A stretch of 63,894 nucleotides of DNA, filler included, from an uncultured Methanosarcinales archaeon (GTDB taxonomy: Archaea; Nanobdellota; Nanobdellia; Woesearchaeales; JAGLXL01): assembly GCA_964472345.1 (NCBI GenBank). It is 5 parts of 5 records of this genome, joined end to end, with 100 filler letters (N's around TTAATTAATTAA, not from the genome) between each part and the next. Parts side by side here need not be neighbours in the genome. Positions count along the whole stretch, not along the records: positions 16,134 to 32,003 come from CAYYLB010000027.1; 4 more parts are not named here. One strand, written 5' to 3'. A program made the position numbers and the translations under genes. Each line of letters starts with the position of its first letter. Position 1 is the stretch's first letter. The notes beneath the pieces are model-generated. The model ran no database searches. It was not told the DNA's origin and worked only from the letters and a program-made list of their open reading frames with translations. This document shows positions 18,395 to 28,085 of this stretch, in pieces.

Positions 18395-19117
18395 ATGAAC
18401 ACGTTTGCGCGCGCTCTTCTTTTTTCTTTTCTTGCTGCGGTCGGGATGGTCATGCTCGATGCGCTCTACCATCTCGCCACCGAGACTGCGGTCCATATCA
18501 ACTACGTTGCGGTCAAGTTCGCCCTGATATTCCTCACAGTGTTTCTCACGTCCTGGTGGACCGGCATCGGCCTTAACCAAGGCATCTTCGCGACCATCAT
18601 GGGGCCCGTCATCTTCTACATCTATTACCGCGTCGCCGACTCTACCTTGAACCGCGAGCTTTTCACCATCGACGAGGGATTCGGCTACATCTTCCTGCAC
18701 ATCGCTGTTTTCATGCTTTCCTATGCGCTGGTCTTCCGCCTCCTGCAGCGCTCTGGCACGCCGCTGGCAAGAAACGCAGGCCTCGCAGCGCTCTTCGCGC
18801 TTGCCGCGGCGGGACTTGACGCTGCCTACCAGCTCGAGAAGGTCCAGCTCATCACCAAAAACGAGGAGATGGTCGCGCGCGTGCTCCACTTCGACACGAC
18901 GCTGTACCTGGTGCTCGCGCTGCTCCTTGCAGCATTCCTGTGCTATCACTTCATCCGCAACGTAAAGCTGCAGGCTGCTGCGCTCGTCATCGGCTCCGCC
19001 CTGCTTCTCATGCTCATCGGCAAAGACATCCCGCGTGCGCTTGCCGGCATCCTCACTGCGGGAATCCCGGTGCTGCTCCTGCATATGGCCTGCACGCGAG
19101 CGGCGGCTCCCCCATGA
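18395..19117 (+). CDS. multi-pass membrane protein
   Basis: About 8 hydrophobic segments; internal repeat LDALYHL / LDAAYQL. Confidence 0.8.
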   Translation: MNTFARALLFSFLAAVGMVMLDALYHLATETAVHINYVAVKFALIFLTVFLTSWWTGIGLNQGIFATIMGPVIFYIYYRVADSTLNRELFTIDEGFGYIFLHIAVFMLSYALVFRLLQRSGTPLARNAGLAALFALAAAGLDAAYQLEKVQLITKNEEMVARVLHFDTTLYLVLALLLAAFLCYHFIRNVKLQAAALVIGSALLLMLIGKDIPRALAGILTAGIPVLLLHMACTRAAAPP

Positions 19118-19317
19118 ACACACGCCTGAAGTTCATCGTTGCAGCAGCCGTTTTTGGCATCATCGGCGTGTTCTACACCTTCGGAGAGTACCGCTTCGTC
19201 AAATACACGCTCCATCTCGGCTTCGGGCTCCGCCATAACGACCATGTGATGCTCGGCTCGGTTGCGCTGATTGTTGCGGCGGTTTCGTTCTACGCGATTT
19301 TTAGGAGGAACGGTTGA
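19114..19317 (+). CDS. small two-TM membrane protein
   Basis: ATGA overlap; His-containing loop HLGFGLRHNDH. Confidence 0.7.
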   Translation: MNTRLKFIVAAAVFGIIGVFYTFGEYRFVKYTLHLGFGLRHNDHVMLGSVALIVAAVSFYAIFRRNG

Positions 19318-19444
19318 TGAACTCGGAACGGAAAAATGCAGGAAGGGGATGATAAGGTACGGAACGGGTAGGTGGACCCCGGTGCCCGTTCTTACCAATA
19401 AAGAATGGATAACCATATAAAGGATGGTGAGTGGTACCACAAGC

Positions 19445-20407
19445 ATGGCTTTAGAGCAGTTAGAACATGCATTAGACTTTCTAACTTATTACGAAACAAA
19501 GGTAGCTGAAGCTGCTGCATATGTCAGAGGGCAGTTAGGGGAGAGGAAGCCGCAATTCGGCGTCGTGCTCGGCTCCGGTCTTGGCGATTTGGCTGAAACG
19601 ATCAAGAATGTAGTATCTATTCCCTACGCATCAATTCCCCATTTTCCCACCACAACAATTCCTGGGCATGAAGGGACACTGCTGATGGGAGATCTCGAAG
19701 GCGTTCCCGTGATAGCGCTGAAAGGGAGAAAGCATTATTATGAAGTTGCTGATGCGCTACTCGGGACCGGAATCCTGCAGGTGGTGTTTCCCGTCCATGT
19801 TCTTGCAGAGTTGGGCGTGCCAAACTATTTCGCGACAAACGCCGCAGGAGGGCTGAATGCAGACTATGCTGTCGGCGATATTATGGTTATCCGGTCGCAT
19901 ATCAACTTCATCCCGAATGCGCTTCTCGGGAGGAATAAAAATTTCAAGCCGGTTGATAGCGATAGTCACGTTGAGAGATTCCAGCCGATGAATGGTGCAT
20001 ATGACCCCGCTTTCAGGAAACTCCTTCTTGAAGCGGGATCGGCTCATACCGGCCATGTCCACGAAGGTGTTTATATCGCAGTCACTGGCCCATCGTACGA
20101 GACTGAGGGCGAATGTATTGCGTTCCGCGACGGTTGGAAAGCGGACGCCGTAGGGATGTCAACAACGCCTGAGGTGCTTGTCGCACGTAACCGGGGGATG
20201 CGCGTGGTCGGGATGTCGTGCATCACAAACAAAATTGCGCCGGACGGAACCAATGCCACCAACCATGAGGAAGTAAAGGCCATCCTTGAATCACCAGCCG
20301 TATGTAATAGGTTATCATTAACGGTAATGGAGTTCTTCAGATTGTATAGGGAATCCGCCGATAGTGGTTCCGCGCCCACTCGCCAGCCGTCCGCGCAACC
20401 TATTTAA
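19445..20407 (+). CDS. punA: purine nucleoside phosphorylase (trimeric, inosine/guanosine type)
   Basis: VLGSGLG, GRKHYYE, TNAAGGLN, GPSYET, DAVGMSTTPE, SCITN, HEEV. Confidence 0.92.
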   Translation: MALEQLEHALDFLTYYETKVAEAAAYVRGQLGERKPQFGVVLGSGLGDLAETIKNVVSIPYASIPHFPTTTIPGHEGTLLMGDLEGVPVIALKGRKHYYEVADALLGTGILQVVFPVHVLAELGVPNYFATNAAGGLNADYAVGDIMVIRSHINFIPNALLGRNKNFKPVDSDSHVERFQPMNGAYDPAFRKLLLEAGSAHTGHVHEGVYIAVTGPSYETEGECIAFRDGWKADAVGMSTTPEVLVARNRGMRVVGMSCITNKIAPDGTNATNHEEVKAILESPAVCNRLSLTVMEFFRLYRESADSGSAPTRQPSAQPI

Positions 20408-20430
20408 ACCACCGGCGCCCGGGAAGAGGC

Positions 20431-21123
20431 ATGCCCTACTCTCTCTCGCCATCGACGCTCTCGCTGCTCAAGGAGTGCCCGCGCTGCTTCTGGCTCCACT
20501 TCAACAGAGGCATCAAGCGCCCCGACACCATCTTCCCCACGCTTCCGAACGGCATGGACCGCGTGCTGAAGGCGCACTTCGACAGCTGCCGTGACAATGG
20601 CACACTTCCTGCGGAGCTGCAGCAGCTTGAGGGCATCACGCTCTTCCGTGACAAGGCGCTGCTCGACACCTGGCGCAACTACCGCCAAGGGCTGCGCTGG
20701 ACCGACAGCTCAGGAAACACCATACGAGGCGCGGTGGACAACCTCCTGCAGAAAGGCAGCCGCCTCATCGTGCTCGACTACAAGACGCGCGGCTTTCCGT
20801 TAAAAGACGATACCCACACCTACTCCCAGAACCAGCTCAACATCTACAACTTCCTGCTGCGCAAGAACGGCTACGACACGGAAGATTACTCCTACCTCAT
20901 CTTTTACCACCCCAAAGGTGTCAGCGAGGCAGGAGACGTCGTCTTCCACCGCGACCTGGTCAAGGTGCCGGTATCCATCGGCGACGCGGCGCGCCTCATC
21001 ACCCGTGCGCTCGACACGCTCGCGTCGCCCATGCCGGAAAGCGATCCGGCGTGCGGATTCTGCAGGTGGGTGAAGGCGGCTGCCGGTGCGGAAGATACGG
21101 AGAGCGGCGAACATCAGGCGTAA
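20431..21123 (+). CDS. PD-(D/E)XK nuclease family protein (Cas4/AddB-like, solo)
   Basis: LSPS...CPRCFW, GAVD..., LDYKTRG, QLNIY, C-terminal CGFC. Confidence 0.85.
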   Translation: MPYSLSPSTLSLLKECPRCFWLHFNRGIKRPDTIFPTLPNGMDRVLKAHFDSCRDNGTLPAELQQLEGITLFRDKALLDTWRNYRQGLRWTDSSGNTIRGAVDNLLQKGSRLIVLDYKTRGFPLKDDTHTYSQNQLNIYNFLLRKNGYDTEDYSYLIFYHPKGVSEAGDVVFHRDLVKVPVSIGDAARLITRALDTLASPMPESDPACGFCRWVKAAAGAEDTESGEHQA

Positions 21124-21145
21124 CCGGCAATGGCGCCGCGAATGC

Positions 21146-21826
21146 TCACTCCGCCCGTGCAACGATGCTGAGCAGCTCCCCGATCCCATCAATCTCGTGG
21201 TCCGCATCGGTCGCCGGCACGGGCCTGGGCAGCCAGCCGTAGCGCGCAAAGCAGGTCTTCATGCCGAGCCTTTTCGCCCCCGCGATGTCCTTGTCCGGGC
21301 GGTCGCCCACCATCATCACGTCAGCAGCGGCAAGCTGCAGCGCATCAAGCGCGCGCTGGAAGGGCATCACGCTCGGCTTCAGCTCATCGACATCGCCGTG
21401 CGCGACAACAACGTCAAAGAAATCCTGCAGGTGGAGCTCCGTCAGCCGCATCCAGGCCTTCAGCCGGGGTGCATCAGTCACAATGCCGATCCTGATGCCC
21501 TTTTGCTTCAATCCGAGCAGCGTCGGCACGACCTGCGGATACGGCTCGAGGAAGCCCTGCTGCACCTTCCGGTAGGCGATGATGCCTCCTGCAAGGATCC
21601 TGTAGTCGATCGTCTTCTGGATGCTCTCCAAAAAACGCTGGAAAATCAGGTTGTACTCGTAGCCGTACTGGTCATAGAGCTGGAAGAGCAGCCGCACCGC
21701 CTCGTCCTTGTCGATTGCCACCCCTGCGCTGATCATGGCGCTGACCGCCGCCTCGCAGCTCGCCCTCTTCATCGTCATGAAATCGATTAGCGTGTTGTCA
21801 AGGTCGAAGAGGATGGCGCGGAGCAT
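21146..21826 (-). CDS. HAD-superfamily hydrolase
   Basis: FDLDNTL, KPS, MVGDRPDKDIAGA. Confidence 0.92.
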   Translation of the reverse strand: MLRAILFDLDNTLIDFMTMKRASCEAAVSAMISAGVAIDKDEAVRLLFQLYDQYGYEYNLIFQRFLESIQKTIDYRILAGGIIAYRKVQQGFLEPYPQVVPTLLGLKQKGIRIGIVTDAPRLKAWMRLTELHLQDFFDVVVAHGDVDELKPSVMPFQRALDALQLAAADVMMVGDRPDKDIAGAKRLGMKTCFARYGWLPRPVPATDADHEIDGIGELLSIVARAE

Positions 21827-21931
21827 GGGCGCGCGAGCGCAGCGTAACTTATAAATATTACGAGAGAGAAGCCATGTGCCGGGCAGGTATTTGGTAGGTG
21901 TAGGAAAACGATGAGAATGCAGTGATGACCG

Positions 21932-22564
21932 ATGGAGCTTTCAGAAGAGAGGGGCATCCTCATTCATGCAGCACGACAGCTGGAAGCGCTCGTCAGGAAA
22001 TACTTTACATGGAGCGGATCCGGCATTTATGAGCGCGACATCAGCAAGTCGGTTCTCGACGCACTTCCCATTTCCATTCTCTGGGTACGGAAAAAATCAG
22101 GCGAAACCCGCCCGTTTGACGGGACTGCCTCCGAAGGGAGCGTCTACGTCGCGGTCGCAAACGTTGCCTACCCTAATCTGGGCTATGATAAGAACATATT
22201 CCGTGTTGATCTCGATGAAGAGGTGCCGATCTTCGATCCAGGCGATATCATTCCTGTCCTCTACCGCCATCCGGCAGCACCCTATGAGCAATGGCCCGGC
22301 GTCGCCCAATATATCACAGGCAACTTTTTCAGGATGCAGGGGAACGAGCCTTTGTACGACATGGGCGCACCCGTCTTTGACTGTGAAGCTTTTTTCCGTA
22401 ATCAATCCATTCAGTTAGCCTTGGCGCTTGACCAAGATCGCCTCTGGCGGCTACCGCCGCGGATTGCAGAGATCGGGGAAATATGCAGAATACAGCGCGG
22501 TTACCATAAGAAGACGTACCCCGGACCACGGGATGTTGCAAGGGAACTCCAGAAATGCCCCTGA
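21932..22564 (+). CDS. hypothetical protein
   Basis: 210-aa ORF filling the gap between convergent neighbours; no recognisable motif. Confidence 0.6.
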   Translation: MELSEERGILIHAARQLEALVRKYFTWSGSGIYERDISKSVLDALPISILWVRKKSGETRPFDGTASEGSVYVAVANVAYPNLGYDKNIFRVDLDEEVPIFDPGDIIPVLYRHPAAPYEQWPGVAQYITGNFFRMQGNEPLYDMGAPVFDCEAFFRNQSIQLALALDQDRLWRLPPRIAEIGEICRIQRGYHKKTYPGPRDVARELQKCP

Positions 22565-23161
22565 CTACTTCGCGCTCGCTGCCTGGCGCTCAAGATCGCG
22601 CTTCTTGCTCACCGCGCTCGACTTGCTTGAGTTCTGGTACGCGCCCATGATCTCCTCGGCAAGCGCCTGCTCGACCGGGAGCCTGCTGCGGAACGAGCGT
22701 GCATAGGAGCCCTGCACCATCATACGAAGTGCGATATCAATCCTGCGCTGCGGCGCGACTTCGACTGCCTTGGGATAGCGCGCGCCGCCGTACTCAATCG
22801 TCACAATCTCCTCTCGCGCGCAGGCGTTCTCCAGCCCGACGATGAACACCTCAAGGGGATTCTTGTGCAGCTTGTGCTCGACAATCTCGAACGCGCGCTC
22901 GACGGTCCGCATCGCGTGCTCCTTCTTTCCGGTGATGTGCCCTGAGCTGCGCCAGTGCTTCTTCCCCTTATGGCCGGGCACCATCAGCTTGTTGATCAGC
23001 CGCTCGACGATGAATATCTTGGACTTGTGGAACTTCATGCCGGCATACCGCGCACCCGTCTTCGGCACAATCTTCGGCTCAATGACCATATAGTCGCGGA
23101 TGCCCAGGTCGCGGACCGTGACGCCTTCAACACCCCACCTGTTGAACAGAAGGATGCTCAT
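22565..23161 (-). CDS. rps7: 30S ribosomal protein S7
   Basis: IVERLINKLM...NPLEV...EYGGARYPKAVEVAPQRRID...ERQAASAK. Confidence 0.96.
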   Translation of the reverse strand: MSILLFNRWGVEGVTVRDLGIRDYMVIEPKIVPKTGARYAGMKFHKSKIFIVERLINKLMVPGHKGKKHWRSSGHITGKKEHAMRTVERAFEIVEHKLHKNPLEVFIVGLENACAREEIVTIEYGGARYPKAVEVAPQRRIDIALRMMVQGSYARSFRSRLPVEQALAEEIMGAYQNSSKSSAVSKKRDLERQAASAK

Positions 23162-23273
23162 CGGAAAACACCTGGATGGCGGAATGCCGCACGCTCCCGG
23201 CGCCGGTGAACAGCAAGCGGGCCTGCAAAGCAAGCTGCGGGTGCCGCTGGTGCAAAAAACCGTTTGGTGGTGG

Positions 23274-23693
23274 TCATCGCCGTGCCTTCTCGATCTTGCC
23301 GTGGAGCAGCGCATCGAGGCTCTGGTCGTTCACCTTGATGACTTTCCAGCGGATGCCTGACAGGTCGCCCATGGAGCCGCCCTTGCGTCCGCCGATGCCC
23401 TCCACGACGATCTCATCGTGCTCATCGATAAACTTGATCGCTCCGGTGCCTGGGGCAAACGCAGAGATCTGCTTGCCATTTTTCGACAGCTGGATGCGCA
23501 CGCATTTCCGCATCGCAGAGTTGGGCTGCTTTGCCTCAAGCTCAAACTTCTCAAGGACGATGCCCGTGGCCTGCGACGCTCCTTCCAGGGGGTCCGACAG
23601 GAGCTTGCGCTCGAAACGGCGGGTGCGCTTGAACCGCATCCGGCGTGCGCGAAGCCGCTTTGCCACGTTCAACCCCTGTGATTTCTTGCTCAT
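23274..23693 (-). CDS. rps12: 30S ribosomal protein S12
   Basis: [27 protein letters not shown]. Confidence 0.97.
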   Translation of the reverse strand: MSKKSQGLNVAKRLRARRMRFKRTRRFERKLLSDPLEGASQATGIVLEKFELEAKQPNSAMRKCVRIQLSKNGKQISAFAPGTGAIKFIDEHDEIVVEGIGGRKGGSMGDLSGIRWKVIKVNDQSLDALLHGKIEKARR

Positions 23694-23703
23694 TGGGAAC
23701 ACC

Positions 23704-24111
23704 TTACACAATCTGGATATCGACGGGAAAGTACCGCTGCACCACGCTGCGCAGGGTATTTAAATTTTTCGCATTGCGCCCGATCAGCAGCCCTTTCGAT
23801 GCGCGGTCACCGCTGCGGATCGTGATGACATCGCCTTCCCGCGCGCAGGAAGCCGCAATGGGCTGAATCAGGTTCCTGACGAACTGCGCAGCATCCTCGT
23901 CAAACGCGATGATCTTGATGGTGCGCCGCAACGCCTGCTGCAGCCGCTTCACCGCAGCGCCCTGCCTGCCGATTGCCCGCCCGATATCCTGCGCTTCAAC
24001 GATGAAATACAGGACGCCATTCGCCCCGAAGATGTCTTTTGCCTCGACGCCGCTCAGGCGCGTGAACAGGCGCAGCTGATCAAGGAGCTCTTTCGTATAC
24101 GTGCCTTTCAT
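23704..24111 (-). CDS. nusA: archaeal NusA (tandem KH domains)
   Basis: GRAIGRQG and [12 protein letters not shown] motifs; conserved operon position. Confidence 0.93.
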   Translation of the reverse strand: MKGTYTKELLDQLRLFTRLSGVEAKDIFGANGVLYFIVEAQDIGRAIGRQGAAVKRLQQALRRTIKIIAFDEDAAQFVRNLIQPIAASCAREGDVITIRSGDRASKGLLIGRNAKNLNTLRSVVQRYFPVDIQIV

Positions 24112-24374
24112 GCCGAACGCACACCAATTACAGAAATGGGAAATGGCTTCTTGCACAGCGTGCCGAGCTCCTCATTCTTCACGGGAAGCGTCACCACCGG
24201 CACGCGCGCGACTGCGCCATGCTGCGCAACATCGCCCTGCACCTGCCGGGGCGCGTTGCTCGCAAGGAACACTTTCTGCAGCTTGCCCTGCCGGAGCATC
24301 TTCAGCGTCCGATCGCTTCCGAGCACTGCCTTTCCGCTTTCAAGGACGGCGCGCACTTCATCAAGCTCTGCCAT
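24108..24374 (-). CDS. rpl30e: 50S ribosomal protein L30e
   Basis: GKAVLG...LASNAP...ELGTLCKKPFPISVIGV. Confidence 0.95.
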   Translation of the reverse strand: MAELDEVRAVLESGKAVLGSDRTLKMLRQGKLQKVFLASNAPRQVQGDVAQHGAVARVPVVTLPVKNEELGTLCKKPFPISVIGVRSA

Positions 24375-25514
24375 TCACTTCACCTTTGTCACGAGCCCGG
24401 GCAGGCCCGTCCCGAGAGGAACCGGCTGATTGATCATCACATTCTCCACCACGCTGTTGAGGTAGTCGACCTCGCCGACGAGCGCGGCATTGATGAGATG
24501 CTTGATCGGCGTCTCGAAGCTCGCGCGCGCAAGCACGCTGGTCTTCTCCCGCACCACTCCATAGCGGGTAATGCCCTGCATCGTCCCCCCGACGCACATC
24601 GTGTCTGCGACCAGCATCACGTGGCGCAAGTCGATGTTCAGCCCCTGCGCCTCAATCACCTTCATGACCTCGTCGATGATGGCCTGCCGTCCCGCTTCGA
24701 TTCCGAGCACGCCAAAAATCTCCTGGATGTCATTGGTGGTCGTCCGTGCCGCGTCGACGTCCTTGAGCGCAAGCACCTCCCGCAGGTTGCTTCCCGCGGT
24801 CAGGATGATATACTCATCGCCGCGCTTCACCGGAAGGACCTGGGTGATGCCCTTCACGCCTTTGATGATGATGCCCTGGACCTTCTCCTTCATCGCATAC
24901 ACCTTGCTGATCGCGCCATCCTGCTCCTTGACTGCAATCTCAATCGAGCCCTCTTCGCTCTTCAGCGAGATGTTCTTCACCTTGCCGCGGATGAGCGCGC
25001 TCACATCGGACGCTTTCAGCCTGAGCTCTTCCAGCCGCTTCATGTTCAGCTGCAGCGTGAGCTTCTGTTCGAGCAGGTCGGTCACAAACTCCTTCACCAC
25101 GTCACGGATTGCCGTCTGCCGGATCTCAAACGCCATCTCCTTGATCCGGTCGGCCTGCTGGTACGGCGCCTTGAAGAAGATCTCCATCATCGGCGTCTTG
25201 ATCTCCTTGCGCGCATCGAAGATCTCGATAATGCGCGGCAGCCCCACTGTGACGTTCATCTCCGAAACGCCGGCAAAGTGGAAGGTATTCAGCGTCATCT
25301 GCGTCCCCGGCTCGCCGATGCTTTCTGCCCCCACAATCCCAACCGACTCGCCCGCGTGCACCTGCGCCTCCTTGTAGCGGCGGTGAACCTCATGCAGGAC
25401 GCGCTCCAGCCGTTCCGCTGCGATGCGTTCGGGCAGGTGTTTTTTCACTTCTCTCATCATCCCGGGCGGAAGCAGCTTCCGGTACTTTCGCAGCACTGCA
25501 GCATTCTTATCCAT
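24375..25514 (-). CDS. rpoA2: RNA polymerase subunit A''
   Basis: [26 protein letters not shown]. Confidence 0.97.
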   Translation of the reverse strand: MDKNAAVLRKYRKLLPPGMMREVKKHLPERIAAERLERVLHEVHRRYKEAQVHAGESVGIVGAESIGEPGTQMTLNTFHFAGVSEMNVTVGLPRIIEIFDARKEIKTPMMEIFFKAPYQQADRIKEMAFEIRQTAIRDVVKEFVTDLLEQKLTLQLNMKRLEELRLKASDVSALIRGKVKNISLKSEEGSIEIAVKEQDGAISKVYAMKEKVQGIIIKGVKGITQVLPVKRGDEYIILTAGSNLREVLALKDVDAARTTTNDIQEIFGVLGIEAGRQAIIDEVMKVIEAQGLNIDLRHVMLVADTMCVGGTMQGITRYGVVREKTSVLARASFETPIKHLINAALVGEVDYLNSVVENVMINQPVPLGTGLPGLVTKVK

Positions 25515-28083
25515 GGGACAGGGCCTCCAGGACAATGCGCTTCACGTCGATCGTGCCATTCTCGCTGCGCGACACGTCGAGGCCGTCCTCTCCGTACCGG
25601 AACTGGATGATGCGCTTGCTCACGTCACGCACGGTGCGGTCATACTCGACTTTCAGGTCCTGCATCGCATTGCTCAGGCGGCGGTAGAGATAGCCGCTTT
25701 TCGGCGTGCGCAACGCAGTGTCCATCAGGCTGTCGCGCCCGGTCATGCTTCCGAAGAAAAACTCCGCGGGGTTCATCCCCCCCTTGAATGAAGTTGCGAT
25801 AAAGCCGCGCGCCGCAGGGCTCAGGTCCCCTTCCTTAAAGTAGGGGAGGGTGCGATTGCGGTAGCCGCGCTCAATCCGCTTCCCGCGCAGCGCCTGCTGC
25901 CCCACGACCGCACTCATCTGCGCGATGTTGATGACGTTGCCGCGCGCTCCGCTGCGCGCCATGATCGCCGCCGCTGTTTCCTTGCTGTATTCCATGGCAA
26001 TCTGCCCGCATTGGTTTCTCGCCTTGTTGAGCGCTTCGAGGATGCGCAGCTCGAGCGTCTCCGCGACCGTCCTGCCGGGGAACGCATCCAGCTGCCCCTC
26101 GTTGAATGAGGCAATAAGGGCATTCACTTCCTCGTCTGCGCGCCGCAGCACATCGGAAAGCTTCGTCATGCCCGCCGCAGGAAGGTCGGTGTCCGCGATG
26201 CCGATGGTGAACCCATGCCGGAGCAGTACCTTGATGCCGAGCCGGAAGATCTTCCCGATAAGGTCGAGCGTGAAAACGTCCCCATAGCGCTCGTTCATCG
26301 CGCGCAGCAGCCAGCCGCTCTCCTCACCGAGCGACGCGCTGTCCATCACACCATCCGTGAGCTGCCCGTTCCTGATTATGACCTCCTCCCCGCCCTTGCT
26401 GCGCCCGACGAAGTTGAAATCCTCGGGCAGCAGCGCGCTGAACACCTGCTTGCCGGAAACAGTCTTTCCTCGCCCGGCGAGCGTGCGGAAATCGCTCAAC
26501 CCGATCTCGCTCAGGATCTCCAGCGCCTGCGCGCGCGTCAGCTCCATCTTCAGCGTCAGCAGGTAGTTCCCCGTGATGGAGTCCTGGATGCAGCCCATGA
26601 TCGGCAGCCCGTAGCGCGGCGATATCAGCTGCCGCTCCACGAGCATCAGCGTTTCCGCCTCCGCCCGCGCCTCTTCCGTCTGGGGGATGTGCAGGTTCAT
26701 CTCGTCACCATCAAAGTCCGCGTTATACGGATGGCACACCGCGGGGTTGAGGCGCAGCGTGCGCCCGGGCAGCACGCGGATCCGGTGCGCCATCATGCTC
26801 ATTCGGTGCAGGCTCGGCTGCCGGTTGAAAATCGCGATATCGCCATCCATCAGGTGCCGCTCGACGATGTAGCCGGGGGCAAGCTCCTCGAGAATCTCCT
26901 CCTTGGTCTCATTGGTGATGCGCTTCCTGCGCCCGTCCGGCCGGATGATGTAATTCGCCCCGGGGTACGATGCGGGTCCGCGCTCCACGAACGGGCGCAG
27001 CCATGCCTGGCTCCAGGCGGTCATCCGCTCCGGCACGGTGAGCTTCTGCGCAATCTCCTGAGGGACGCCGACTTCGTTCAGCTTCAGCATCGGATCGGGC
27101 GAGATCACCGTTCGTGCCGAGAAGTTCGTCCGCTTGCCCGCAAGGTTGTAGCGGATCCTCCCTTCCTTGCTCTTGATGCGCGCCGTGATCGTCTTGAGCG
27201 GCTGCCCCCCGCGGTGCCGCGCCGGCGGAACCTGCGCGACTTCATTGTCAAAAAATGTCGTCACGTGGTACTGCAGCAGATCCCAGAGGTCTTCGATGAT
27301 GACTTCCGGCGCGCCTGCGTTGATGTTCTCGAACAGGCGCTGGTTGATGCGCACCACGTCGCCGAGCTTGTGGGTCAGGTCATCTTCGCTGCGCTCGCCG
27401 CTTTCGAGCGTGATGCTCGGCCGGATCGTCACGGGCGGGATGGGCATCACTGTGAGCACCATCCACTCAGGCCGTGCGTACGCAGGATTCATCCCGAACA
27501 GCTCCAGATGCTCGTCGGGAATGCGCTCAAGGCGCGCCCGGACCTCGATGGGGCTGAGCTTTGTCTCGTCCTCGGAAAATGTGGTGGGCTTCTCGAGGAT
27601 GATCTTGTTCTGGCCGGTTTTGCACGCAAGGCATTTCTTCCGGCTCTTGAGCTTCCTGATGATGGCCTGGATCCTGTCGCGGCGCGCCTCGAGCCCTTCC
27701 TCGCGTTCCGCCTGGTCCAGCACCGCCTTGTAGCGCGCGATGTTCTTCTCGGGGATCAGGATATGGCCGCAGCTCTTGCAGGTGGAGCGCAGCAGGTCAA
27801 GGATGATCTTGACAAATTTATAGTGGATGACAGGACGTGCAAGCTCGATGTAGCCGAAATGGCCCGTGCATTCCTTGATCCTGCCGCCGCATGTCTTGCA
27901 CCGCAGTCCCGGATCGATCACGCCCAGCCGCACGTCCATCAGGCCGCCGTCAACGGGGTAGCCTTCCTTGTCATACAGCTCCGGCGTCACGATCTTCACC
28001 GCAGCCATCTTCTGGATATGCTGTGGGCCCAGCAGCCCAAAGACGAGCTGCCCGACCTGCTTGTAGACCAGTTCTTCTGCCAT
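25507..28083 (-). CDS. rpoA1: RNA polymerase subunit A'
   Basis: NADFDGD catalytic motif, bridge helix [11 protein letters not shown]. Confidence 0.98.
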   Translation of the reverse strand: MAEELVYKQVGQLVFGLLGPQHIQKMAAVKIVTPELYDKEGYPVDGGLMDVRLGVIDPGLRCKTCGGRIKECTGHFGYIELARPVIHYKFVKIILDLLRSTCKSCGHILIPEKNIARYKAVLDQAEREEGLEARRDRIQAIIRKLKSRKKCLACKTGQNKIILEKPTTFSEDETKLSPIEVRARLERIPDEHLELFGMNPAYARPEWMVLTVMPIPPVTIRPSITLESGERSEDDLTHKLGDVVRINQRLFENINAGAPEVIIEDLWDLLQYHVTTFFDNEVAQVPPARHRGGQPLKTITARIKSKEGRIRYNLAGKRTNFSARTVISPDPMLKLNEVGVPQEIAQKLTVPERMTAWSQAWLRPFVERGPASYPGANYIIRPDGRRKRITNETKEEILEELAPGYIVERHLMDGDIAIFNRQPSLHRMSMMAHRIRVLPGRTLRLNPAVCHPYNADFDGDEMNLHIPQTEEARAEAETLMLVERQLISPRYGLPIMGCIQDSITGNYLLTLKMELTRAQALEILSEIGLSDFRTLAGRGKTVSGKQVFSALLPEDFNFVGRSKGGEEVIIRNGQLTDGVMDSASLGEESGWLLRAMNERYGDVFTLDLIGKIFRLGIKVLLRHGFTIGIADTDLPAAGMTKLSDVLRRADEEVNALIASFNEGQLDAFPGRTVAETLELRILEALNKARNQCGQIAMEYSKETAAAIMARSGARGNVINIAQMSAVVGQQALRGKRIERGYRNRTLPYFKEGDLSPAARGFIATSFKGGMNPAEFFFGSMTGRDSLMDTALRTPKSGYLYRRLSNAMQDLKVEYDRTVRDVSKRIIQFRYGEDGLDVSRSENGTIDVKRIVLEALSHG

Positions 28084-28085
28084 TG

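Noticed and set aside
20431..21123. Cas4-like nuclease as a sign of CRISPR
   Set aside because: No other cas genes and no repeat-spacer array seen anywhere in the window.
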